NCBI GenBank assembly: GCA_040954595.2
Contig: CM082591.2
Location: 6,807,947 to 6,871,946 of the forward strand
DNA from: Balanoglossus misakiensis
Taxonomy: Eukaryota > Animalia > Hemichordata
DNA length: 64,000 nt
Direction: 5' to 3'
A program made the position numbers and the translations under genes. The notes under the pieces were generated by a model. The model was not told where the DNA came from. It searched no databases and worked only from the letters and a program-made list of their open reading frames with translations. Numbering within the stretch: the first letter of the stretch is position 1; each line of letters starts with the position of its first letter. Positions 24,840 through 36,900 of the stretch are shown here, in pieces.

Positions 24840-25439
24840 ATCTGTGACAGGGCACCCGGAAAATGAATATGTGTGTTCCAGAAAGCAACTTTTGATGTTT
24901 TTTTACCTTCAATCAAAGTGCGCCATCGTTTTATATTTTTCAAGCTTTCTCTGGCCGAGTTTTTTCCACTGGTATTTTCTGGGATCCCCCCCCCCCTTTT
25001 TTATAGAAAATCTTCCAGACCCCATCCCTGAACTTCAAATGGTCCACCTAGCATTGGGTTTTTCCCTTTTGTTCGTCGCGATAAAAAAATAAAGTTCATT
25101 GTAACTAGTTTATAGGGATATCCTCAACGAAAAAATGGTTTGTCCTAGGCCGTATAACGCCGGGATCACACAGACCTGTTCGCAGGGCTATTAATTAAAG
25201 TCACGTCCGAACCACGCGCACGTCATTTCAATAATCGTGTCCAGATGCGTTAGCCAACATGCATTTCAATGACTCGTGGCATGGATTAGGCTACGCCGTG
25301 TGTGCGCGCCATGGAGAGCAAATCATTGACGCCTGTTCATTGTCAAATAAACTAGATTCTTCGATTTTTACCCTGGTCTGGCGAAGTGCTCCGAAATTGA
25401 CCAATCCGCTACAACTTTCCATGCGACTTTAGCATCCTG

Positions 25440-25800
25440 AGTCGTGATTGGTCAGCTGGAGTTGACACTCGGCAAATCGGTTTTTTTTTCGTAAAATTTT
25501 ATTCAAAGGAGCATGTATCTATAAACGTCTTGTTTCTTGTTAATTACTGGGGTTGGTTTGCGAATTTGGTTGCCAAAAAACTTGACTTGTGTGAGTAAAT
25601 TTAATTACAAGCTTATTTCCTAAGAGTAAGATACCTCTCCTGTGATTGGTCAGCTTGAGTTGGCACTCGGCAAATCGGGTGTTTTCGTAAAATCTCGACG
25701 GAGATATCATGGCCGTCGGGTTTCTTGCGTTGGTCTGGGAAATTGGTTGGCAAACTTGACTTGCGTGAGTACATTTATATAAATAAAGCTTATTTTCTGT
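25440..25800 (+). repeat. ~200-bp tandem duplication
   Basis: gtgattggtcagct(g/t)gagtt..cactcggcaaatcgg at 25444 and 25642; aaacttgacttg(t/c)gtgagta in both copies. Confidence 0.75.
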
Positions 25801-26863
25801 CTGGGCGGTGCGTAGAGGTTCCTCTCATTCCAAATATTTCTTCTAAATCAGTCCTCGGTGACTGGTATTCGCCAACAACGTCGATTTGACCGCCGTCACC
25901 GAACATTATTTATGGAGTGCGTAACACACTGTGACGTAGCTGCAATGATTGTAGCGCGGGGTGCTGCTAGGTTGACTGGTGTGTTCGCAGCCCTACTTTG
26001 TTTTGTCAACAACAAGTTTTACTTAAACTTTGAAGCAGTATTTCCACATGGTCGGTGCATCCCTCTACGTCCATACAGCAACTTACATGAAAATAAATGA
26101 ACGCAGCATAGAAATATCCCAAAACACAAAAACTCAATTTCTTGAATATTTACTGCAATATACACAGTATGTGTTTTGTGTACCAACTACAATTTATTGT
26201 TCTTCCCCTTATAGTGATGTTTACGTGTTTACCTATCATTGTTTATGTTTACAAACACATTCAAGGTCAGATTTGAATGCAATCTTTGAACAATGACAAT
26301 GATGTGGTGATGCAGTTTTTTTTTTTTTTTCAGTTTAGGTCCTTTGTTGTATGTGTAAACCATCGGGTCCTAAATATATCTGTCCACATCAAAAACTTGA
26401 AAACCGCTGTGCATATCACCATGCACTTTGATATTTGGTGAGTAGATGCAGGCTGGGCCGCAGATAGGAATTTGTTCAAATGAAGTTGTCATTGGCACAA
26501 ATATGCAAATTAGCTGAAAAATGTGAAACTGGCCAAAACTCGGAAACTCAACAACGACTGGTCAGATTGATTTGAAAATTGGCATGCATGTACTTTACAT
26601 GTCTACCCTCATACAGTCATGTATGTATGTTTTGAGTTAATGAATGTCTGTTTTGTCTTTTTCCACATTGTTGTTGAAAAATATTCTTCTCTGAAAGTGA
26701 TTTGCCGATTTCTTTAAAACTTAGTATGTCACTTCTTATAAGTGATCTAAGTTACTTTTGTTCAAATTTTTGTAACATTTGCATATTTGTAATTATGGAG
26801 CAGTTGTTACCATTTTTGGTAAAAAATCATTTTCTCTGAAAACTCTTGTTTTATTCCTTGCAG

Positions 26864-27830
26864 AACTAATGACAGCAGAAGAGGCAGTTATTAGCAGCAA
26901 TGTCTGGTACAGCTGGGACTGAGAGTCCTGCTCCAGTTAATCTCAACCAGTACATCACAGACAGACTCGGGAAGAAGGTGTCACTGATAAAGGTAATATG
27001 AACCCATTTAAATCAGTCATATATCTTCCTTATTGATTCTTCTGTTGGGGAGGGGGGGGGGATTTGGTTTGCTGGAATATTTATGGGGACTGCAACAAAA
27101 CGTTTTACAAGAATATAGCATGTAACAGATTGGAATTAAGTTCTGAATGTTTTGGCGTTGGGTAAGGAATAGAGTTGATCTTGTCCTTGGCCCTTGTAAT
27201 TTTGGGGCAGTTGTTGCCATTTTAGTCAAAACTCATTTTCTCTGAAACCCCTGATTTAATTCCTTGCAGAAGTAATGACAGCAGGAGAGCTGGAACTGAG
27301 AGTCCTGCTCCCGTTAATCTCAATCAGTTGATCAGAGACAGACTCAGAATAAAGATGTCAGAGATAAAGGTAATATGAACCCATTTAAATCTGTCATATC
27401 TTTCCTATTGATTCTTCTGCTGGGGAGGGGGTGCTGAAAAATTTAAGGGGATTGCAAGAAAACGTGTTACAAGAATATACTGACCTTAGTCTTTATTCAC
27501 ACATGATGTATACTATTTCAAACAACTGCATTTGTGCATGTAACAGCTAATGTTCTGTTGTAAAAGCCAGTGCATGCAGTGTAATAGACGCCATTTCATG
27601 TAGCACTGGCCGTCGCTTCACAAATTGTTAGGGAGGGGTGCTCTTTGCATGAAACAGCTAAAATGCCACAATGGTCATCTTGTTTTCCTGACAGGAGAAA
27701 GCAGCTGAGGAAGAGAAGAAGGAAATGGAAAAAGCAGAGCCAGGAAAAGTCGCAAGTAAACCACCAACCTGAAGATTACATGGAATGTAAGGAAGGCAGC
27801 CAGCCCCTAGATATGATGATTGAACCAATG
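26864..27830 (+). other. Orphan exon-like cassettes (26864-26992, 27270-27369, 27695-27830); small gene, pseudogene fragment or lncRNA
   Basis: Each is bounded by a pyrimidine tract-CAG and AG|GTAAT or TG|GTAAGT. The first two lie in a ~407-bp tandem duplication. No family recognised. Confidence 0.4.
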
Positions 27831-28336
27831 GTAAGTCTTTATCTAGATGTTGAAATGTATATATATGGGACAGCAGCTACGATGATCAATTACAAAGTTA
27901 TGCAATAACGAATTAAGATGCCACTAATACTTTCCTTGCTGTAGTCCAAATACCTTCATAGCTAAATTAAAAAACTATCCGCTATCTAGAAACTAGGTGC
28001 AAAAAAAGACAAACAATGTATATGATCTTGGTTTCAGTTGTTTTTATTTCATCTACATATACATGGCGTGATAAGGGTTGCACAAAAATATCAGGCAAGC
28101 AAAAGTCTTCCAGATGACACATTTAATGCATTTAAGGGGTTGAACATGATATATGATTATCGTCTATATTTCTGTTTACGAGTGTGATTAAATTTGTCGT
28201 GACTAGAGTTACTTTGCGAGGCTCTGCACTGAGGAGGTGCGTAGGTTTTCTACTGAATGATCATTGCTGAATGAAGAAGTCGATGTCGATGTCCGATGGC
28301 GGTTGTTTCTTGTCGTGTGGGTTCTGAGTTCACATT

Positions 28337-31300
28337 TTATGTATAATCCCAGTATCCTCCGTTAAACTGATTCACATAATCTGTGATGCAAGGTGACAGT
28401 GGAAAATGTGAACAGGTGAATTCAATTAAAATAGATGCACACTTTTTCTTATTCTGAAAAGGTATACATATGGTACACCTAATTCATACCTAATTATTTA
28501 GGTACAGTTTACATGTAGGTACACCTTGTTCAAAAATAAGTTAGAAATAGGTGCCACAAGTATACCAAAGTGATAAGGTGTACCTCTGGTATACCAAAAG
28601 TGTACCGAAACTGTACCTTTTCTATGGAGAATTTGGTAAGGGTAAATCTGTCGAGTAATACTATTGTTTTATGGGCTGTTTGGGTTAATGAATATCTTTG
28701 TGTGTGTGTGTGTGTGTTTGTTTGTTTCTTTGCTTGTTTGTTTGCCCTTGGCGATACCCAGGCCAACACAAACTACTTAATTCTTTACTACATGTATCAA
28801 TCACGTGATCTGGCCATGTGTCCCATGGCGCTGTCATTTCCAGGTGACGGGCAAGCAATATTTCGGCATCCAGTAAAAGTTTTTCCGAGTATGTTTTTTA
28901 CTTAAGAACTGCCAGACATGTAACATGTATCAGGTATGGTGCCTTATCAGCCTCATGGAGTTTCGTCTGCACAGTCTTTGGCTACGCCACGTTGTTGAAG
29001 TTGCCCGTCATCTGGAAATTTGAATGCGAACGTAACTGCCATCTGAGCGCATCTGACGTCATTTGATATCGAATTATAGCTGATCAATAACAGTTTGTAC
29101 TTACACACATATTGGTTCGGAATGCAGGTGAAGAGGATATGCTTGTTTTGAGTGTACCTAACTTGCTTCACCCTGTTCTTGGATGAATTATAAAGGAGGG
29201 TGACAGCGACCTCTTGGGCTCGAAGATGAGGAAGATTTTCCTTGATCAGGGCTGCGGCACCTGGTTGTAAAAACAAAGAGTATGTCAGATACATAGATAC
29301 ATAGATACATGCAAACATTCATTCGTTCATTCATTCATACATTCATACATACATACATACATACATACATACATACATACATACATACATACATACATAC
29401 ATACATACATACATACATACATACATACATACATACGTACATACATACATAGGTACATACGTACGTACGTACGTACGTACATACATACATATGTAAATCC
29501 ACACACACACTCATTCCTCAAATTGTATTTACCTGCTACATGTGGTGCAGCCATGGAGGTACCACTCAGTATTCCAATTGAACTCGTCGTGTATCTTGAT
29601 GTACTGTACGCACTGGTAATACTAACACCAGGGGCAAAGATGTTGACACTATATCCATAGTTAGAAAAGCTTGCCATGTAATCAGACTTGTCAGTGGCAC
29701 CAACCGTTATTACCTTTAATGAAATTGATATTTCACAATTTAATCCATCACTGCCAAAATTACTCAAAAGGAGCCTATCTCAGGGCGTTTTTAATTGTCC
29801 ATGCGTTATTGAGACTGTCATTGCAGTTTTCCACAAGGCTTATTTGTAAGATAGCATTCATAAAGAATTTTGGATTCGGTCGGGAAGGATCACAAAAACT
29901 CTTCTCCAGCTTTGAGGGTTCAATTTTACCTGGCAGTAAAAATATTAACGTAAAGTGCACTAATGTTCTAAACAAACAAACCTCAAGTATACTTGCACAG
30001 GTTGAATTATTTTGTATATCATAGAATGTGGTTAGTCTTTTTGGAAAGAAAAAAGGGTGTTATCCTCGGTGCTGCAAATGTTTAATACATAGCGTGTTCA
30101 AATTGCATTGCAACATGCAGTCACGGTCGGGCAGCGAAAAGGTGTTCATGTATTACCTCTCAGTAAGCTTATAAAGATGGGCCAATTAAAGTCGTGAAAA
30201 TAATGCAAAAAGCAGCAACTCTAGAGGTTTTAAGAACTCACACTTTCAATTCTTGCTGGCCAATAGCTACTGGCATAATAGGCGTCGTTGCCTGCTGCAA
30301 CAACCACAGGGATATCATGGGCCTTCTGGATTGCTTCAATCAAGGTTGTTCCAACTGGATCGTTGTAATAGCTACGAAGAGACATATTAACCACACCAGG
30401 CTTTCTTGCACGAAGCAAGATTTCAATGAGACCTATTGCAAGACAGAAAATGACAAAACGTTAGTGCACGCATATATGTGTACATACACACACATACATC
30501 CATGCACACACACATACACACACACACACACATATGTTCTATGTAAACTTGTCCCCATGAACTACCTTGTTGTATTCCTGTGGATGTACCACTACCATAA
30601 CTGTTAAGTACGCGGACACTCCACAGGTTCGCATTCGGAGCAACACCATAATTCGATCCAGCCGCAATTCCAGCCACGTGTGTACCATGTCCGTTGTAAT
30701 CCCATCCCTGAAAATTGTATTATTGTTTATCAATAGAATCTCACATCCCAAGGACCTAAAATCAGATTTGTCACACGTATTTGGATATTTTAGGTAGAAA
30801 ATATAATACGCTCAATCAGAATAAACATAAACGCATATCAGACTGAATTTTGCAGCTGCAAGACGTCAGGACTACGCATCATTTTTCCCCCACCCCCAAG
30901 TAAATTCTTGTTTTTTTACTAGTGTTTACCTTCACTAGAATCAGACAAAATACATGGACAATCTCACTGTAATAAGATTTTTTGAGTTTGGTATATTGTT
31001 TTTCATGGCCTTGGCTAATTTTTATCTAAATTCTGGCTGTGTCTTTAGAAAAGAACAAATGGTTTGTTATAATTGGTATCATTAACTTGCTGAACAGTAT
31101 AATTCAAGTTATACGATTGACAAGATTTTGAAATTAACTGTTCCAATTGTGTTTAAATGTATTAAAACTCACCCCTTGGTTGTAGTAATCATAAAAGTAC
31201 CGTGCTCGCCCACCAAACTCTGTGTGATAGTAACTGATACCAGTATCCATAATATAGATATTGGCCTTCTGAGGACAAACTATAGTGATATTATGGTAAG

Positions 31301-33457
31301 TGATTTGTACATTGAAAGTAAATCCATCCGCCTGGTAAAGTAACGCCCAGGCTTGTTGTATACTTGGCCCATTCAGAATGAATGAAGGAATGATGGATAG
31401 ATGGATGGATGGATGGGTGGGATGTTGGTTGGTTTGTTGGTTGGTTGGTTGATGGATGGGTGGGTGGGTATTTGGGTGGTATTTATGTTGGGTGGGTTTG
31501 TTGGTGGATAGATGGATGGACAGGAATTAATCAGTTTTCTCCTCTATCACAGTCAACAACATTCATGGCCTTGTATTTCAAAAACAAGTGTGGCGACCCC
31601 TATATTTTGTCACAGATTTTCATTATACATACACAGGATAATCCAAAAAATCAACAATTAAAAGAAATGACAACACTTTCAATTGTACTAAACGAACAAC
31701 CATAACATACCACGATAGCTGCTTGTGTATCTGCGCCAGGTGTAGCCGATCGTGGAGGGGAATTCGCACGCCGAGGCAAAGTTGTAGTCGAGTGGCAATT
31801 TTCTCTGATTGATTCGATCCAACCCCCATTTGTGGTCTGCAATAGTCACGTTGTGAACCTCTTGTACAATGGCTACATCCGGCATATCCATTACCTACCA
31901 TGGAGAGAGATAAACGACGGATAATAGTTCGTTTTCCGAACTCCATTTTCCGAACTCCTTGAGACAATGCGAGATCACGTGAGGCCAGGCAGACACAGGA
32001 CTAACAACAAATACTGTAAAACATGTTATTTTCGCAAGCAATAAGTTTTCGCGAAATACGCGAGAGCCAAAATAGCGTGAAAATAAAAAGTCACATAATT
32101 TTTTTAAGATAACGATGCCGTGAATGAAATAAGAGAAGGCGAAAATTAATACTCGCGAAACAGTGGCCTCTCTCGATATCCCAAAAATTTAAACTCGCGA
32201 AAATAATGTGTTTTACAGTAACTACAGAACTAATTTTTTTAAAACTCGGCATCAGTTCTAGTTTTCGTACAAAGATTTGCTTGTACTATTGGCAAGCAAA
32301 CCATTGCTACGGTAACGAAAGCCTCTAGAGCTGCCACTTTTTGCATTATTTTCATGAGTTTATTTTCCAACTTAAATTGGTCCATCTATATAAGCTTACT
32401 GATAGGTATACATGAACACCTTGTCGATGCCTATAAATTGTGACTGCATGTTGCAATTTGAACACGCTAATAAATGTATTAAACAGGTGCCGCACTGATT
32501 TAATTAGCCTCCATACAAACAGTACGCATCGTGGTATGCGTCGCCATGCAAGAGATGACAAATGGTGCAAATACAAGTAATGCTCAATGGAGAGGTAATG
32601 GAATATATGGATTCGAAGTATTTTACTGTGGAAAAAATATGTGAAATTTGGCAGCTAAAGGGGCTTTAACCAAATCTCGTGAGGCATTCATGATTGAAAT
32701 GTGCGGAAGATAATCAATTGTCATATTTACCTTGGCAAGGGTTTCATTGCTCCATATAGACATTTCCAATTCCACCAGCAAATCGGTACAAAAAATTTGT
32801 TCGATTTGACAGTCTGCATCATCTGCCAGAGGTTGGAATAGAGCGCGAACGTCATCCTCTGCCATGCATTTCTGAAATGACAAATGATTCTGTTTAAGTT
32901 TATACTGTGGGGGGGGGAATATTTTGAGATGCAAGATAGATTTCGTTGGACATGGCTGTATTTACCATCAATACTCGGTCTCAAAATTCTCATAACCAAC
33001 TGACTGAAAAATGTCGTAACCATTAGCAACATTATGATCTTTTCTCTAAAATTCAAATCTAATGATTAGCCAGCATTAGCCGAAACTGTGTGAGTTTTCA
33101 TTCTTGATTTGTACAACACGACTGTTCCGTTTGTTGATCAAGTACTAAGAGCGGGAATATACCCCGATTGTGTTAGGAATAATGTTCTTTTCATAATTCA
33201 AAGAAATCGACTGAACCATCTAAACGACTGAACCATGTAAACTGTCTCTTACGTACCAGAATAAAAACGGCATACAAATCAGGAATACGGTCCGTGTCAT
33301 TCTGAGCTCGAACCAAGGCAGCACGGCCGCCGCTTCCACTATCACAAAGATCACCAAAAATCTCGTCAGCGGTGATGCTAAGCTGGGGTTGGTCGTCTTG
33401 CCCAGAACAGGTCAAGATCATGAGTGTCAGAAGAAGAGTCAAACGTAGCACCCCCAT
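28337..33457 (-). CDS. Secreted subtilisin-like serine protease, S8A proteinase K/aqualysin/PCSK9-type, ~448 aa
   Basis: Exons (minus) 33457-33257, 32871-32731, 31894-31711, 31279-31173, 30707-30566, 30432-30242, 29713-29533, 29260-29105, 28380-28337 (1347 nt, phase-consistent). Signal peptide [20 protein letters not shown]9-like propeptide, WGLDRINQ, catalytic Asp (IMDTGI), His (HGTHVAG), oxyanion Asn (AAGN) and Ser ([11 protein letters not shown]). AATAAA at 28048-28043. The 31279 acceptor and the last exon are the least certain parts. Confidence 0.92.
28440..28643. repeat. GTAC-motif-rich segment, possible EnSpm/CACTA-type subterminal relic
   Basis: Repeated ggtacac/gtgtacc motifs in both orientations, ending ...ttggtaagggt. 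Confidence 0.3.
29335..29490. repeat. (ATAC)n/(GTAC)n microsatellite in subtilase intron
   Basis: Direct reading of the tetranucleotide run. Confidence 0.95.
31378..31520. repeat. Degenerate (GGAT/GGTT)n microsatellite
   Basis: Direct reading. Confidence 0.85.
32012..32220. mobile_element. TA-flanked ~210-bp MITE, Tc1/mariner-like (copies ~35015-35220 and 41087-41299)
   Basis: TACTGTAAAA ... TTTTACAGTA termini with internal tttcgcg/cgcgaaa repeats; three near-identical copies. Confidence 0.75.
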
Positions 33458-33851
33458 CCTGAAAGAAAATTAATTAAAAGTCAACTGAACACTGGAGAAG
33501 GAAGGGGGAGATAAGGGAGAGAGACATATGGACATATACAGAGAGGGAGAAAATGACGGAGACAGGAAAAGAGATACAGAGAGGGAGAGAGGAGACGGAA
33601 CAGAGATGGGAGGGAGACCGAGAGAGGTTTCACCAGATAATTCCCGATAATTATGGAATACATTGCTGTGTGAAAAAAAAACAAGAATGCCCAAAATCCC
33701 AGAAACATTGTTAAAACTGAAGAATCATTAGTGAAAACATGCAACATATGTGCAACATACAATTTTTACAGTCTTGCCTTCTGAGATATGCGGGTGGCAG
33801 AGAATTGTGAAACATTCTCATTTACGCTATTTTGATTTACCACACACGTAC

Positions 33852-33921
33852 CTGTAGCAGCGTTGGTCCTGGTATGGATCCAGTTGTCATGGTGCCAAGT
33901 GATGTTGAGTCCCCTTTTATA
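33852..33921 (-). promoter_or_regulatory. TATA box and short 5' UTR exon of the subtilase gene
   Basis: Minus-strand TATAAAA at 33921-33915; donor CAG|GTACG after 33852; matching acceptor TTTCAG|G-ATG at 33458. Confidence 0.65.
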
Positions 33922-36900
33922 ACAATTTGGGGGTTTTCTGTCATTGTTAACGCAATACGGTCAATTTCTTTGGTGGTACACCGCTGAAAGGAGATTAGTT
34001 TGCACCAATTTCAGATAACGGAAAGATTAAGAATCTTGAAGATTAAAAATCAAAATCTGTCTGAAAAATTGATAGGAGCAGCTGGCAGTTAACTTTTATG
34101 GTGTCCGATTTGTGTGGGGACTCCGATGATCCCAATGATTTTGCACAGAAGGCAAGTGTTTTGCCAAAAGTGAATGAATCTTCAAACAGAAGTCTATCAC
34201 CCAGGCAGAGGGAGGGGGGGGTGTCAGCTTTAATGGGACATTAGCTTAAGTTTTGGGCCTTTATTATCTCTGTTCTGTATTCCAAATGCAATTTTTTGTT
34301 CTACTCTAAACAGCATGATGCTAATATATAGTACTCCACTTGTCTACACAGCCTGTATGAGTGAAACGGCCATTATTTTTTTTATTTATTTTTTGACAAA
34401 TGGATTCCAGTCCGGACTTCAATTCAAGTGTTGTGCAATAACAGTGCAGACTATACACATGCTATGATAAGCTAAATGCTGAGCATTTCATCATGTTGCA
34501 GAAATTGAACCAGAAAGTGCAGTAGATAGACAAAACAAAAATACTGAAAAACATAGCAAAACGTTACAGCTAATGGAGCTTTAAGCTGCTGTTATCATGT
34601 AAATTTCATGATTTCCCGCTTAAAATTAGTGCAGTTTTAAGTGTCTTCGCAGCTGCCTTCAAAACTGCCTTAGATTGCATACTTATGCTTTTGTTTATGT
34701 TATACGCTGTTGAGGGCGTTATACCAAAGTTCAGTTTACAGTGTCATAAAATATGGAATGCCTGAGGAAAAATCGCAGACAAGAATATTTAGGATGTTAC
34801 CAATGCTAGTTAATGCCCCACTTTCAACCAGAAATCGAGCAGCAATTTCGAAAAATGGGATAATTGACTTTGGAGGTGTACAAATGACGGTTGCGTTTTG
34901 TACACACACAGGTTTCCATACAGATATTTTTAGGAGTTTAAGACTTCAACAATTTGTTTCCTTAACAGATAATGACATAAGACTCCATGTGTAGGTTATC
35001 ATTATCTAGTATAATTTAAAGCACTTTTTTTCGCGAGTTGAAATTTTCGCGAGTTGAAATTTTCGCGATATCAAGAGAGGCCACTGTTTCGCGAGTATTA
35101 ATTTTCGCGTTCTCTTATTTCATTCAGTTCATCATTATCTTTCAAAAAAATTACGCGACTTTTTATTTTCACGCTATTTTGGCTCTCGCGTATTTCGCGA
35201 AAATAAAGTTTTTTACAGTATGTGTACCGTATACTAAGGTTTATTGTGAATTTTTTTTAAATTGAATTCAATCTGGACTTGAAATCACTTGTCAGCAACC
35301 GCATGGTCCTTAGACATACAGAGACCGGAAATATCAAACAGTCCATGTTATCTTCTGTTGATGTCGAATTTTTGCTAAGTTTCTGTTGGATATTCCATGT
35401 AGACAAACATCTGCCATACGTTGACAACAACCGTCATCACACGATCGCTTCAAATGATTGACAAATATAAAAGCTGGATTTTGTTTATTAATGTGTGTCG
35501 CAGCGCTCTGTAAGTATGCCTCCCGACAACCAGTATGGTTTGGGGATTTTAGACGAAAGCCACACATGAGAGCGTATTAAATATGAAACTTTTCCTCACC
35601 TTACAACTGTCCATCATAAAACCACACCAGCCACGCAGTAGAAATTGAGAAATTTCCAATGGTGAACCAGGTCAGCACGTGATAGCAGCTAACACAGTTA
35701 CCTCTTTTTACAGTCCATGTATTCACAGCACCTCCCCATTGGACCACTCCGTTCAATCAGAGCATTACACAGGGACCCATTTCCTAATAAGGGGCCGTTC
35801 AGTTTTTATGGCCGGGGGGGGGGGGGGTGCCGTTGCATAATCCAGCGGGGCACTTTAATTTTGAAATCCAAAAGGGGGGTCACCTTTTTTTTTTAAACAT
35901 TTTTATTCTGGTACCCTCGTGTCTACATGTGGGATGGAAGTTGTGTGTGGTCGAATGTTGATTCACTATGTATCCATCTGTAGCATAATATAAACTGTCT
36001 TGTATCAAAATAAATCATGGAAAAAGAGCAGCGAGAGAGAGACTTTGTCCCTTTAAGATAAGGATATACATTTGTACTGTGTATCAGTATGACTTTTACT
36101 TACCCACGATTTCTACACTTTTCGATAGTTTGGATTTTGTACTCAAAATTGTTTTCAACTTTCTTAATTGCAGGAGGAACTTTCCATGTGATCCAACTGA
36201 CAAGACTGCTGGGAAAAGTAAAAAGATTACAGAAATGGATATACATTACCACAGCTGACCTTTGAATAGGGAAGTATTATTTTTTATAGTATATATTTTA
36301 TTTGTTTGCTTGGCAGCTGAAATGTACTAATGGTGCAGAATTGAAAACACTAGCCTGTTGCAAAACATGGTAAGCATTGCTATATTTAGTTTGAGTGTAC
36401 TTTATGACTTTTAAGTATAAATTTACAGTAACTAGGATGAGTGTACCATGTTGATCACACCGTCATTCGCGTTGTAATGGAGCAATTATATGTTTTAAAA
36501 TCAACAACAGTTGAAAGATAAATGTATTATGAGAGCGTCTGTCATTTACATGTGTAGTGAGAACTGCACAATGGATAAAACTAAAGGTAACTTTCACTGA
36601 ATGCCAGTGCATTGGGTTTTGTCATCATAAAGGTAAGAGTGTATAGTTTGTAGAATGTAGTTTGATTTAAACTAGGATATACTAATCATGTAGAAAAACT
36701 TCAATAATAGACAGGGATAATACATTATCATATGTGTATAATAATCGCTGAAAATTATAATGTTGAGTGTTTGCAGGGTAAGGTATGATAAACTTTAAAA
36801 TACGAAACCTTGATAATGAAGATTAGGTAACAAAGTGCACAATAAAGATGAAAATGATATAATAACAAAAGATAATACGGTAATGATGATAATGAAGATG

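Noticed and set aside
31173-31711. Apparent frameshift in the subtilase between the WGLDRI exon and the catalytic-Asp exon
   Set aside because: The CAG acceptors at 31268 and 31331 are out of phase, but the TAG acceptor at 31279 restores the frame without any error.
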